Notes: a model not told the origin generated them from the letters alone. DNA of 64,000 nt from Candidatus Levyibacteriota bacterium (GCA_963716145.1 OY970292.1:746169-810168); one strand, 5' to 3'. Positions 17,941 through 27,948 are shown, counted from the stretch's first letter. Translations and numbers: made by a program.

Positions 17941-18304
17941 TGGAGATGTCGATGAGTGACATCGAGTCCGAGTAAACTATCTCTGAACATCTACAAGCTT
18001 AGTCAATTTATTAAATTCAATTTTATCCTTTCCAATTGACAGGAAAATAAAATCTAGGTTTGATAAATTCAATAAAAAGTAAAACCAAACTTCTTATTTT
18101 CTTCCCAACTGTATTTATGCTCATACAGTCCCGTTGAGAAAGACTTATATGAACAGCTTTAACTCAATTAAGCTTACGCGAAATTGTAGTTATAAGCGTA
18201 ACGACTTTCATCGTTAGCATTTATATTTTGATCGGTTTTACGGCTTTGATCATTGCCGGCTTGCAGTTTTTAAGGTACTTTTCCCGTCGAATCAATTCAT
18301 CCCC
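17941..18304 (-). ncRNA. ssrA: tmRNA (SsrA), about 364 nt, standard one-piece; predicted tag peptide ANDESRYAYNYNFA
   Basis: 5' 'GGGGATGAATTGATTCGACGGG' matches the tmRNA consensus; 3' acceptor 'CATCTCC-A' pairs with the 5' GGGGATG including the G3.U wobble; resume codon GCT followed by AAC GAT GAA... TAA; adjacent to smpB. Confidence 0.8.
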
Positions 18305-18364
18305 TTTTACCCGCCGTAGCTTTATGCGAAGGAGGGCTACATTCTCAGTAAAAGCGAATATTGA

Positions 18365-18802
18365 TTAGTTATTTTTTAAAAGTTCTTCTTGTTCCCGGTC
18401 AAGATCTTTTTTCTTGATTGCTTGCCGCTTCTCAAATTTCTTTTTTGATTTACCCAACGCTATCTCAAGCTTGATTAATCTATTGGAAGTATACCACGAA
18501 ACAGGCACGATTGTCAAGTCCGCGCCCTCGATTTTGGACTTTATGGAGATGATTTCCTTCTTATGCATCAGCAGTTTGCGGGTGCGCCCGGGGTCATAAT
18601 TTTCAGGTCTGCCAAACTCATATGGGAAGATCTTGGAATTGATCAAATAGGCCTCACTTCCGACAATTTTGACAAAACTGCCTGTCAGATCAGCATGACC
18701 AAGCCTGATAGCCTTGACTTCCGAACCCAAAAGATTTATCCCGGCCTCAAATTTCTCCCGCACTTCAAAATCAAAATACGCCTTTTTATTTGTAATTTTC
18801 AT
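18365..18802 (-). CDS. smpB: SsrA-binding protein SmpB
   Basis: 'KKAYFDFEV.EKFEAGI.L.GSEVKAIR' SmpB signature. Confidence 0.9.
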   Translation of the reverse strand: MKITNKKAYFDFEVREKFEAGINLLGSEVKAIRLGHADLTGSFVKIVGSEAYLINSKIFPYEFGRPENYDPGRTRKLLMHKKEIISIKSKIEGADLTIVPVSWYTSNRLIKLEIALGKSKKKFEKRQAIKKKDLDREQEELLKNN

Positions 18803-18858
18803 ACCTACATAATACTACGCATCAAGCAAATTTACAAAAAGCTCTTGATACCTTTAAT

Positions 18859-19554
18859 TTATTGTCCGTGGGCGAGGATCAGGCCATAAACCTTTTCTAC
18901 TCCCCCTTTTTTCAGCACTTTCGCGGCTTCTTTCAGAGTCGCGCCTGATGTAACAACATCATCAACCAGAAAAACCTGCCCATAATTCCTAATTTCTGAT
19001 TCATAATTCCTAATCCTAAAAGCCCCTTTGATATTCTCCTCCCTCTCTTCTTTCTTAAGACCCACTTGCGTTTTGGTATCCCTGATTCTTTCAAGACAAT
19101 CCAACACCTGGATATTTAATCTTTTACCCAGGCCTTTTGCCAGAATTTGCGATTGATTGTATCCACGCTTTCGCATTTTAGATTTGTACAGTGGGATTGG
19201 AATTAAAACCGACTCACTGACCAGTACTTTATGTAGCGCTTCTTTCTGAATAATTCCTTCATAAAATAAATCATCTAAAACAGTCTTCAAATCCGTAAGA
19301 TTTGGATTGTATTTGAATTTATAGACAAGTTTTTTAACTACGCCCTTGTAAACTAAACTTGAGAAAACTCCATCGGGTGTATATTTGCCGCGGCAGACAG
19401 GATGAGTCAATCCTCCGATTGATGCTCTCTGGCAGACTATACAAACGCCACTATCATGAAATGCGATATAGGAAAAACAATTGGTACAAATATATGAGCC
19501 TATTTTGCCGCAATTTACACAGCGCTTGGGAAAAATAAAGTCAAGGATAGACAC
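18859..19554 (-). CDS. comF: ComF-family protein (ComFC-like phosphoribosyltransferase)
   Basis: N-terminal Cys4 zinc ribbon 'CVNCG...CTNC', C-terminal PRTase motif 'VFLVDDVVTSGATL'. Confidence 0.75.
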   Translation of the reverse strand: MSILDFIFPKRCVNCGKIGSYICTNCFSYIAFHDSGVCIVCQRASIGGLTHPVCRGKYTPDGVFSSLVYKGVVKKLVYKFKYNPNLTDLKTVLDDLFYEGIIQKEALHKVLVSESVLIPIPLYKSKMRKRGYNQSQILAKGLGKRLNIQVLDCLERIRDTKTQVGLKKEEREENIKGAFRIRNYESEIRNYGQVFLVDDVVTSGATLKEAAKVLKKGGVEKVYGLILAHGQ

Positions 19555-19585
19555 ATAAAAAGTGTAGCAGAAAGAGGCTAAGGAA

Positions 19586-19594
19586 TGGTATAAT
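19586..19594 (+). promoter_or_regulatory. extended -10 element (TGgTATAAT), 8 nt upstream of tRNA-Ser
   Basis: sequence 'tggtataat' ending 8 nt before the mature tRNA 5' end. Confidence 0.5.
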
Positions 19595-19602
19595 GGCTCT
19601 CT

Positions 19603-19690
19603 GGAGGGATGTCTGAGTGGTTTAAGGTAACTCCTTGCTAAGGAGTCGTGGGGGTAAACCCTACCGCAGGTTCGAATCCTGTTCCCTCCG
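19603..19690 (+). tRNA. tRNA-Ser (anticodon GCT), class II with long variable arm
   Basis: acceptor GGAGGGA/TCCCTCC, anticodon arm ACTCC-TTGCTAA-GGAGT, T-loop TTCGAAT, discriminator G. Confidence 0.85.
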
Positions 19691-19746
19691 CTTCAAATTA
19701 CAATTCATATATATAAATTGCTATTAGTTTTTGCTAACATTAGATT

Positions 19747-20187
19747 ATGGAAAAAGATCAACCATTTTTAGAAAAATGGATTCTGCCGAGATTTGATATT
19801 GACGGCTTAAATACTGTTGAATGGGGCGAATGGACTTCTGGTATCTGGGAAACAGCGTTTATTCAAGTTAAGATCAATGGTATCCAGTACATTCTTGCCC
19901 AAGACTCATCAGGACAAGTCTTCCCAAGAGGAGAGCCAAAAGATTGGCTACGTAAGTATCTCTTTGAAATTGAACTACGGGAGAGAAGGAAACTACCTTT
20001 CCAGCCCACAGATGCAGTAAGAACAAGGCGGGAAACAACGATTGGTAATTATTCAACCAATTACGGCGTAAAATTAACTGATGAGGATTTATTTCCACTT
20101 GAATATAATGCTCAACCAAACAGAAAAAAGAAATTTAAAAATTATGAAAGTCCTTACATGGATTGGTTTATGTTATTTAAGCAGTAG
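19747..20187 (+). CDS. hypothetical protein, 146 aa, located between two Ser-type tRNA genes
   Basis: ORF track only. Confidence 0.35.
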   Translation: MEKDQPFLEKWILPRFDIDGLNTVEWGEWTSGIWETAFIQVKINGIQYILAQDSSGQVFPRGEPKDWLRKYLFEIELRERRKLPFQPTDAVRTRRETTIGNYSTNYGVKLTDEDLFPLEYNAQPNRKKKFKNYESPYMDWFMLFKQ

Positions 20188-20293
20188 CTTACTATAGCTA
20201 TTCTTTATGCAGAAGTCGTCCTCAGGCTTGTAAACTCATATTTTAACCGCAATCCTGCTATAATTAGCGTGTAAAATTCCCTAGGAATTTTAT

Positions 20294-20378
20294 GGAGGAG
20301 TCGCATAGTGGTCTAGTGCAGCGGTTTACTAAACCGCCATACCGCAAGGTATCGGGAGTCCGAATCTCCCCTCCTCCG
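20294..20378 (+). tRNA. class II tRNA, tRNA-Ser(GCU) paralog with anticodon loop TTACTAA (apparent anticodon ACU, A34) and T-loop TCCGAAT (C55); possibly a pseudo- or atypical tRNA
   Basis: hand fold: acceptor GGAGGAG/CTCCTCC, D-arm GCAT-AGTGGTCTA-GTGC, anticodon stem GCGGT/ACCGC, variable-arm hairpin ATACC-GCAA-GGTAT, T-stem GGGAG/CTCCC; the anticodon loop differs from the upstream tRNA-Ser by a single G-to-A change at position 34. Confidence 0.6.
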
Positions 20379-20418
20379 CTCTTATATTAATAATCCTCTT
20401 TCTGCTACACTAATTAAA

Positions 20419-21432
20419 ATGCTCAACTGGATTAAAAGACACAAGCTTCTTATACTTCTTCTCATAATTGTATACACCTACTACTTTATCGCTTATTACC
20501 AACCTCGCCACACAGCAATTAACCAACAGCAAGTTCAGGGCGTCAAAACAAACATCTCTCTTATCATTGAGCCGGAGGATGACCGCACGCTGCTGGACGC
20601 GATCTACAGCGCCACTCGTGAGATCCATGTGGTTGTTTATCTGCTTTCCGATAAAGAAATCATCGATGCTCTAATTGCCAAAGACGCGGAGGGGCTTGAT
20701 GTAAAAGTAATGCTTGAGGAGCACACATTTGGAGGGGCGGGGCTCAATAAAAAATCAAGAAAAGTGCTTGCTGACGGAGGTGTTGAGGTGACATGGTCAA
20801 ATCCTGTTTTTGCCCTAACCCATCAAAAAACCATAATCATAGATGACACCCACGTTTTTATATTAAATCAGAATCTAACCGCGTCAGCATTTGACAAAAA
20901 CAGAGAGTTTAATATCGCTGACTATAACTTACAAGACACATTGGAAATTGAAAAGATGTTTGAGGCGGATTGGGACAGAACATCCTTCACTCCGGCTGAA
21001 TCTAATCTGGTCATAAGTCCTTACAATTCACGTGCCAAATTGTCTACCCTTTTGAATGATGCTGTGGACGAAATTGATATTGAGGCTGAGGTGCTAACTG
21101 ACAAAGATATAATTAATCTTTTGAAAAATAAAGCCAAAACTGCCAAAATAATGGTAATTATTCCAAGCTTTTCAAAAATTTCAGCCAATGAAAAATCAGC
21201 CAGGGAGCTTGAGGATTCAGGTGTCGACGTGAGAACTATTTCCTCCCCTTACATCCACGCCAAACTATTGGTGACAGATGACGCAAAAGCATATGTCGGG
21301 TCAATCAATTTTACAACTCAAAGCATGGATGAGAACCGTGAGCTTGGAATCATCCTCTCAGAAACTGAAGTTATCCAAAGATTAACTGAAAGCTTTGACT
21401 CTGATTGGGAGAAAGCAGTCGACTATCAGTAG
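20419..21432 (+). CDS. phospholipase D-family protein with two HKD motifs (cardiolipin synthase or NucT-like), N-terminal TM
   Basis: 'THQKTIIIDD' and 'IHAKLLVTDD...GSINFT' HKD motifs. Confidence 0.75.
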   Translation: MLNWIKRHKLLILLLIIVYTYYFIAYYQPRHTAINQQQVQGVKTNISLIIEPEDDRTLLDAIYSATREIHVVVYLLSDKEIIDALIAKDAEGLDVKVMLEEHTFGGAGLNKKSRKVLADGGVEVTWSNPVFALTHQKTIIIDDTHVFILNQNLTASAFDKNREFNIADYNLQDTLEIEKMFEADWDRTSFTPAESNLVISPYNSRAKLSTLLNDAVDEIDIEAEVLTDKDIINLLKNKAKTAKIMVIIPSFSKISANEKSARELEDSGVDVRTISSPYIHAKLLVTDDAKAYVGSINFTTQSMDENRELGIILSETEVIQRLTESFDSDWEKAVDYQ

Positions 21433-21433
21433 C

Positions 21434-22024
21434 TTACTTAAACTCAACACCCACTGGGAGTTCGAACATGGAGTTATCCGGAGTCCAGGGTTTGCATTTG
21501 AAATCCATTTTTGCCCTGAACTGCTCTCCCTGCTGAATTTGCTGAGGAGTCAGATCTTTCGACATCGCATTCATCTTTTCCTTGTCAAACTTGAATCCCA
21601 TTGTCGTTTCACCGACTTTAACCCAGCTATAAGCAGTCTCATCCTTATAAATTGCGCTTGCCTCCATGCTCATGCCAGATGTATTTCCCGACATCATACT
21701 TCTCCCCTTACTGCCGGTTGTATAAAGCTTACCTGTGCCAAATGGATTTGGGGCTTCCCCACTGCTGGGCAATACAAAATCGCATTCTAAATTCTGTCCT
21801 TTTCTAACAATATCAGTATATGTACCGCTAATATCGCCTGTTGGGACTGCCTCTTTGGTCATTGCGTCTGTTGAATGCTCTGTTGCTGTTGAAGGGGTTG
21901 TTGAAGTTGAAGAAGGAGAACGCCTCATCATGACAAATGCCCCTACGCCAATAAGAAATACAGCCGCGATAATTATAATTAGCACTCCCGAAACTCCTTT
22001 TTGATTAAACAAGCTCTTTTTCAT
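21434..22024 (-). CDS. hypothetical membrane-anchored secreted protein
   Basis: N-terminal TM, Ser/Thr-rich linker. Confidence 0.4.
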   Translation of the reverse strand: MKKSLFNQKGVSGVLIIIIAAVFLIGVGAFVMMRRSPSSTSTTPSTATEHSTDAMTKEAVPTGDISGTYTDIVRKGQNLECDFVLPSSGEAPNPFGTGKLYTTGSKGRSMMSGNTSGMSMEASAIYKDETAYSWVKVGETTMGFKFDKEKMNAMSKDLTPQQIQQGEQFRAKMDFKCKPWTPDNSMFELPVGVEFK

Positions 22025-22095
22025 ATAATTACCCAGATAATATCATATTTTTTGAAAAAATTGCAACAGGTAATTTTTTGTACTAAAATAGTTTT

Positions 22096-22677
22096 ATGAA
22101 CTCAGGAATCAGATACTGGATCCCGCTTGCTGTGACCATCACAGCGCTTTGCGGATTAATTTATTTAAGCGGGCAGCAAAACCTGAGAATGGGCGCGAAT
22201 GATCCCCAAATACAAATGTCTGAGGATATTGCAACTCGTCTTAGCATAAATCCCACCCTTCCAAATCTCACTTCATCAAATAAAATAGATATTTCAAAAA
22301 GCCTCAGTCCTTTCATAATTATCTACAACGACAAAAACAAGCCCGTTCTCTCAACCGCCCAGCTTGATGGAAACACACCCCTCCTCCCACCCGGCGTTCT
22401 TGCCAATGCCAGCAACAATAGACAAAACAGGGTCACCTGGGAACCAAAAAAGGGCGTCAGAAGTGCTGCTGTCATAACCAGATACAGTGGTAGTAAGGGT
22501 TCAGGATATGTGCTTGTTGGCCGCTCTCTTCGGGAAGTTGAAATACGTGAAGATACGTTACTAAAAATTGTCGGGCTTGCCTGGATCGTTACACTTATTG
22601 CCTCCCTAATCGCCAAGGTAATTTTTATCCCAAAACAAAAGAAGAATCCTTCGACTAAGCTCAGGACAAAAAAATGA
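22096..22677 (+). CDS. hypothetical membrane-anchored protein
   Basis: ORF track; N- and C-terminal hydrophobic segments. Confidence 0.35.
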   Translation: MNSGIRYWIPLAVTITALCGLIYLSGQQNLRMGANDPQIQMSEDIATRLSINPTLPNLTSSNKIDISKSLSPFIIIYNDKNKPVLSTAQLDGNTPLLPPGVLANASNNRQNRVTWEPKKGVRSAAVITRYSGSKGSGYVLVGRSLREVEIREDTLLKIVGLAWIVTLIASLIAKVIFIPKQKKNPSTKLRTKK

Positions 22678-23009
22678 AAATACTAATAAATTGGTTAGTC
22701 AGCGCTCTTGTTATCTTAACCGCATCTTATATTCTACCGGGTGTACATATTGCAAATTTCACAGCCGCGCTTGTAACAGCGGTTGTTTTGGGAATTATTA
22801 ATGCTCTCATCAAACCTATATTTCTCATTTTGACACTTCCTATAACAATTATCACTTTAGGGTTATTTACCCTTGTTATAAATGCTCTTATGATTCTTTT
22901 GGCAAGTTCAATTGTGCCGGGTTTTAAAGTAGACGGATTTTGGTGGGCGTTTATTTTCAGTATAGTTTTATCATTAATCAATTCTTTTGTTAATACTTTT
23001 AATGATTAA
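22674..23009 (+). CDS. DUF360 / phage holin family 4-like small membrane protein (YvlD-like)
   Basis: 'ILPGVHI..F..AL..A.VLGIINALIKPI..ILTLPITIITLGLFTLVINALMILL.S..VPGF.VDGFW' matches the YvlD/DUF360 pattern. Confidence 0.6.
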   Translation: MKILINWLVSALVILTASYILPGVHIANFTAALVTAVVLGIINALIKPIFLILTLPITIITLGLFTLVINALMILLASSIVPGFKVDGFWWAFIFSIVLSLINSFVNTFND

Positions 23010-24252
23010 AAAGCCGCAAAGTATTCAGGCAATCTACCTGTATTTGGTACTAGGAAACACGCTGGCAGCATCATTTATCTGGGGAATTAATACAATTTTC
23101 CTACTCAATGCTGGCTTAAGTAATTTCCAGGCCTTTCTTGCCAATGCTTTTTTTACGGTAGGGCAGGTTTTGTTTGAGGTGCCAACAGGTGTAATAGCTG
23201 ATACTTACGGTAGGCGTACTTCATATCTCTTAGGCTGCATCACTCTTTCTCTTTCAACAGTACTCTATTTACTTATGTGGATGATTCATGGGCCTTTTTG
23301 GGGATGGGCAGTATCCTCAGTTCTTCTGGGACTGGGTTTTACCTTTTTCTCAGGGGCTCTTGAAGCTTGGCTGGTTGACGCGCTTAAAGCAACTAATTTT
23401 AAAGGAAGCCTTGAAAGTGTATTTGCAAAAGGTCAGATGGTAGGAGGTGGAGCAATGCTGACAGGCTCAATAGCCGGAGGCCTAATAGCCCAATTCAGCA
23501 ATCTTGGTGTTCCATATATTTTAAGAACCGCTGTTCTAATGATCAATTTTGCCACAGCCTTTTTTCTGATGCGCGACTTGGGATTCACTGCCAAAAAACC
23601 AAAAAATCCGCTAATGGAAATGAAAAAAATTCTAACTCACTCTATAAATCATGGCTTGAAAAAGGCACCGGTCAGATGGGTTATGCTTGCCGGTCCTTTT
23701 GCGGCAGGAGTTGGGTTTTATGTATTTTATGCTCTGCAACCGTTCCTGCTCAAATTATACGGCAATGAGAAAGCTTACTGGATTGCAGGACTGATCGCGG
23801 CTCTTGTTGCATCTGCGCAAATCGTAGGCGGTATTACTGCTCCCTATTTAAGAAAAGTGTTCAAAAAAAGAACCAGCGCGCTTATACTGGGTACTTTAAT
23901 GACGACTATTCTTCTTTTCTTAGTATCCCTTGCAAGTAACTTTTGGGTCGTACTCCTACTAATTTTTCTCTGGGGGCTTATTTTTGCAGCCATTATGCCA
24001 ATCCGTCAGGCTTACCTCAATGGCTTAATCCCCTCTGAGCAAAGAGCAACAGTACTTTCCTTTGACTCTATGCTTGGCTCAACTGGCGGTGCTGTAATTC
24101 AACCTCTTTTAGGTAAAGCCGCTGATGTTTGGAATTACTCAACCTCTTATCTGATAGCCTCAATAATCCAGGCAGGTGCCATACCTTTTATTTATCTAGC
24201 CAAACGGGAAAACGCAAAATCGGATGCTATTGAAAAGAAAAAAACTGATTAA
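22987..24252 (+). CDS. MFS transporter (12 TM)
   Basis: 12 hydrophobic helices, '[10 protein letters not shown]' MFS loop 2-3 motif. Confidence 0.7.
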   Translation: MLILLMIKKPQSIQAIYLYLVLGNTLAASFIWGINTIFLLNAGLSNFQAFLANAFFTVGQVLFEVPTGVIADTYGRRTSYLLGCITLSLSTVLYLLMWMIHGPFWGWAVSSVLLGLGFTFFSGALEAWLVDALKATNFKGSLESVFAKGQMVGGGAMLTGSIAGGLIAQFSNLGVPYILRTAVLMINFATAFFLMRDLGFTAKKPKNPLMEMKKILTHSINHGLKKAPVRWVMLAGPFAAGVGFYVFYALQPFLLKLYGNEKAYWIAGLIAALVASAQIVGGITAPYLRKVFKKRTSALILGTLMTTILLFLVSLASNFWVVLLLIFLWGLIFAAIMPIRQAYLNGLIPSEQRATVLSFDSMLGSTGGAVIQPLLGKAADVWNYSTSYLIASIIQAGAIPFIYLAKRENAKSDAIEKKKTD

Positions 24253-25334
24253 ACCAAGTAATCGCGAAGTTTGTTGCCACGGCTTGGGTGGCGGAGTTTG
24301 CGAAGAGCTTTTGCTTCAATCTGTCTTATTCTTTCACGTGTGACCTGAAACATCCGTCCTACCTCTTCCAAAGTCTTTGGACGTCCGTCGTCCAATCCGA
24401 ATCTTTCTTTCAAAACCCTTCTTTCTCTGTCTGATAAGGTTCCCAGTACTTGATCGACCTGCTCTTTCAAAAGTTCACGAGATGCACTGTCAAAAAGAGT
24501 AGGCGCACTGGAATCACTAATAAAATCGCCTAATCTTGAATCTTCTTCGTCCCCAACCGGTGCTTCAAGGGATGCCGGGTTTTGCGAGATTTTGATGATC
24601 TCAAGCGCTTTATCAGGCTCAATTCCTAGAACTTTTGCAACCTCCTCAGGTGTTGGTTCGCGACCCAATTCTTGCATCAGCTTTCTTTGACTTCTTAAAA
24701 ACCGATTGATATTCTCAACCATGTGAACCGGAATACGGATTGTGCGGGCCTGGTCTGCAATAGCGCGGGTTACACTTTGTCTAATCCACCATGTTGCATA
24801 TGTACTAAACTTGTAGCCCCGTCTCCAGTCGTATTTCTCAACCGCTCGGATCAATCCCTGATTTCCTTCCTGAATAAGATCAAGAAGTGTTAGACCACGA
24901 CCAATGTATTTCTTGGCAATAGAAACGACCAGACGCAAATTGGAGTTTATTAGCTTTTTCTTAGCAGCTGCTTCGCTCTTTTCAACTCTTTTGGCCAAAT
25001 CAATTTCCTGATCAAAAGTCAAAAGAGGAATTCTTCCAATCTCTTTAAGATACATGCGTACAGGATCAGAAACTGATCCTTCTGTCAGAACTGTAAGTGC
25101 TTCAAGCTCTTTTGCGAGATCTTCAATAGGTTTTTGCGCGTCAGCCTGCTGAACAACAGACTCAAACACATCAACATTTTTCTGCATGAGCTTGTCATAA
25201 AGACTGTCAAGTTCTTCTATATGATCTTCAGGCTTAGCATAAATTGCCAGAATTTCGTCCTGAGTGATATAGCCGCGCTTTTTGGCTTGAGTTACAACTT
25301 CGGATATGACTGGGGGTAGCTTCTGCGATGGCAT
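24249..25334 (-). CDS. rpoD: RNA polymerase sigma-70 factor RpoD
   Basis: region 2 '[33 protein letters not shown]', region 4 '[27 protein letters not shown]'. Confidence 0.9.
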   Translation of the reverse strand: MPSQKLPPVISEVVTQAKKRGYITQDEILAIYAKPEDHIEELDSLYDKLMQKNVDVFESVVQQADAQKPIEDLAKELEALTVLTEGSVSDPVRMYLKEIGRIPLLTFDQEIDLAKRVEKSEAAAKKKLINSNLRLVVSIAKKYIGRGLTLLDLIQEGNQGLIRAVEKYDWRRGYKFSTYATWWIRQSVTRAIADQARTIRIPVHMVENINRFLRSQRKLMQELGREPTPEEVAKVLGIEPDKALEIIKISQNPASLEAPVGDEEDSRLGDFISDSSAPTLFDSASRELLKEQVDQVLGTLSDRERRVLKERFGLDDGRPKTLEEVGRMFQVTRERIRQIEAKALRKLRHPSRGNKLRDYLV

Positions 25335-25373
25335 AGGGTTCTATTTTAACACATTTTGCCCTTATTTGGAAGA

Positions 25374-27149
25374 TTAAAGATGGGACGCAAGGTCTGAGTA
25401 CTGTTTTTGCAGTTCTTCCAAATCTTTCTTAGGCGCACCGGATTCAGCAGAGGCGGCCTCGCCCTGCTTTATCTCCTCAGCCAGCTTTTTCATCTTTTCC
25501 TGAATATAGACTATTTTCAATTTCTGAGCTGCTTTCTGGACTTCTTTAAGCAGATGCTCCTCGTCCTCAAACTGAGGGAGAGGGAAAAGGGCACTTGTGT
25601 CAAATGCCGGAATCAGCTCAGTTGGAAGCTGGCCTGCAAATTTCTTACCGTCGAAATGCTCAGTATTCTCAAAGTGCAAAAGCAAGTGGTCCATAATTTT
25701 GTGGTAGGCCCGTTCTTTGGACATAGAATCAGACAAAATTGCAACCGCTTTTTGAATTGCGGTTTTTGGCTTTTCACTCTGAACAATCAAAGCGAGCAGA
25801 TATTCCTCAAGTATCTCTTCTTTTGAACGCTTTGCTTTGGCAATATCAGTTGTTTTGGGTTTGGTTTCCTTACGGACCAAGCGGTCTATTTCTTTGGAAA
25901 TACTTTCATACGAGGTATCAAGTGCATCCGCGATCTTTTTGAGATAGTGCTCTTTTATAATTTCGTTACTGATTTGAGCGACAAAAGGCAGCATCAAGTC
26001 AGCAACTTTTTTCTTTCCCTCAGCTGTATTTGTATCCTCAGCTGCGAGCGATTTTGTCAGCAGATAATCATAGACTGCTATATCTTCATTTACAGCTTTT
26101 TTAAAAAGTGCCGGGTTTTCTTTGAGAGCTTCGTCGGGATCTGTTCCCCCAGGTACCTCAATCACGGTTGGCGATAAACCTTTTTTCTCAACAACTACCA
26201 AGCTTCTCTTTATCGCCTCCTGGCCTGCTTTGTCCCCATCAAAACAAAAAGTAATCTTCTGCGTGAATCTTGCCAGTAAATTTACTTGGGATTCAGTCAG
26301 GGCAGTTCCTTTAACAGCGATCACCTGGGCAACGCCGTTTTGGAAACACGACAACACATCAAATTCCCCTTCAACTATTATCGCTTGTCCCTCACGCCGT
26401 ATCGCGTCTTTGGTGACATTCAGTCCGTAAATTTGATCTCCTTTGTGATAGATAAGCGTCTCACGTGTATTTATATATTTTGAAGTTGTATCAGAGTTAT
26501 CCAGAATCCGCCCTGCAAATCCAACCACATTGTCCCTATGATCTATGAGCGGGAACATCAACCTACCTCTGAAAAAATCCACAACATCGCGGCCTCTCTG
26601 ATATGCCAAACCTGCATCAATCACTTCTTCTTTATCAAATTTCTTTTTTCCGATTAAATATTTGACTAAACTATCGCCAGTCGGTGGGGAAAAACCCAGT
26701 TTAAATGTCTCAATCACTTTTGGATCAATTCCCCGGTTTTTTAGGTAACTAAGTGCTTTTTTCCCAGCCGAGTGCTTGGTCACCACATAATGATAATACT
26801 CTTTTGCCAGAGAATTAATCTGATATAAACGCTCTTTTTTCGATGACTCACCGCTTGAATAATTTTGGGAAACCAGCTCCACCCCGGCCCGCTTTGCCAA
26901 GATACGAAGAGCTTCAGGAAAATCCACCCTCTCATAATCCATCAGGAATTGATATACATCCCCGCCCTTATTGCACCCTCCAAAACAGTGCCAGATCTGC
27001 CGTTCAGGCGAGATAACAAATGAAGGGGTTTTCTCGCTGTGGAACGGGCATAATGCTTTGAAATTGCGCCCTGCCTTTTTGAGAGTCATGTATTCTGAAA
27101 GAAGAGCGACAATATCTATTTTTTCCCGTATTTGAGCAACCTGATCCAT
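25374..27149 (-). CDS. dnaG: DNA primase DnaG
   Basis: zinc ribbon 'CPFHSEKTPSF..W.CFGC', TOPRIM 'IVEGEFDVLS','DGDKAGQEA'. Confidence 0.9.
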   Translation of the reverse strand: MDQVAQIREKIDIVALLSEYMTLKKAGRNFKALCPFHSEKTPSFVISPERQIWHCFGGCNKGGDVYQFLMDYERVDFPEALRILAKRAGVELVSQNYSSGESSKKERLYQINSLAKEYYHYVVTKHSAGKKALSYLKNRGIDPKVIETFKLGFSPPTGDSLVKYLIGKKKFDKEEVIDAGLAYQRGRDVVDFFRGRLMFPLIDHRDNVVGFAGRILDNSDTTSKYINTRETLIYHKGDQIYGLNVTKDAIRREGQAIIVEGEFDVLSCFQNGVAQVIAVKGTALTESQVNLLARFTQKITFCFDGDKAGQEAIKRSLVVVEKKGLSPTVIEVPGGTDPDEALKENPALFKKAVNEDIAVYDYLLTKSLAAEDTNTAEGKKKVADLMLPFVAQISNEIIKEHYLKKIADALDTSYESISKEIDRLVRKETKPKTTDIAKAKRSKEEILEEYLLALIVQSEKPKTAIQKAVAILSDSMSKERAYHKIMDHLLLHFENTEHFDGKKFAGQLPTELIPAFDTSALFPLPQFEDEEHLLKEVQKAAQKLKIVYIQEKMKKLAEEIKQGEAASAESGAPKKDLEELQKQYSDLASHL

Positions 27150-27201
27150 TTGGGGCTATTGTATACCACGCGAGCTAAGATTTGCAATTGTGTTTGAAAA
27201 A

Positions 27202-27948
27202 CTATGCAGCAAAAGAAACGCGATTTCCGACTTCTACTCTCCGTCCTGCTGTAACGGATCCATATCTTGCTGGTTTTGCTCCCAAAAATTCAGGGACAAT
27301 TGGATTCAGCTTAAGGTGAGTATAATAGGCACCAGATTGTGGCCCGTCAGGAATTTTATAGACATTTTTGGAAAGACGCAATGACGGTGCGTGATCGTGA
27401 TCAACATCGCCCACCTGTGAACCCGGAAGAAGAAGAAATCGACGATCTAAAATACCTCGGTCTTTCACGTATAACCCTAAACCGTCAAATATCGTTCCTG
27501 CTCTTTCGTCAGGAGCTAAACTTGCCCGAACCTCAGCTGGGGTTAATCCCAAAGTTGCACTGCCGTCACTAACCCAAGTTGCATATGTCCGTGGCGTGAC
27601 GAACCCCGATGGATCCCTTTCCCAATCTCTGGTTAAATCTGGTCCCCAATTATCAGCCCGAATACCCACAATATCATGCATTCGGGCTATAGTCAGTCCT
27701 CTTTCCGGGTCCGCTGTTTGCACGATCACAGGTATGTCAAATCTTCCCCTATATCCTTCTGGCTGAGCAAAAAAATGGGGCAGCCCATCCATATATTCTT
27801 GCCTTTCCATGCCAAGCGGTTCGGCGTAAAGATCAGCTAGCGTGTTTGCATCGACCTCCCAAATCCGATCAAGATCAGTAGCCGTTGGAGCTTCCGAGGT
27901 AAATATAGCGGCTTGTTGATCAGGTTTATCCTGCTCTCCTCTTGCCAT
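27202..27948 (-). CDS. hypothetical protein, GC-rich (about 48%), Arg/Asp/Pro-rich; immediately upstream of dnaG on the same strand
   Basis: ORF track; composition contrasts with neighbours; no motif recognised ('GDVDHDH' only). Confidence 0.4.
   Translation of the reverse strand: MARGEQDKPDQQAAIFTSEAPTATDLDRIWEVDANTLADLYAEPLGMERQEYMDGLPHFFAQPEGYRGRFDIPVIVQTADPERGLTIARMHDIVGIRADNWGPDLTRDWERDPSGFVTPRTYATWVSDGSATLGLTPAEVRASLAPDERAGTIFDGLGLYVKDRGILDRRFLLLPGSQVGDVDHDHAPSLRLSKNVYKIPDGPQSGAYYTHLKLNPIVPEFLGAKPARYGSVTAGRRVEVGNRVSFAA

Noticed and set aside
22674-23009. DUF360/holin-family-4-like gene as evidence of a prophage
   Set aside because: YvlD-like DUF360 proteins are widespread chromosomal membrane proteins. 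No other phage genes (terminase, capsid, integrase) are nearby.
25407-26483. Run of + strand ORFs (139, 67, 76, 102, 65 aa) inside dnaG
   Set aside because: These are antisense shadow ORFs of the well-supported dnaG CDS. The same applies to 6464..6760, 9398..10352, 36377..38410, 44307..45117, 60687..61137 and similar ORFs inside confidently assigned genes.
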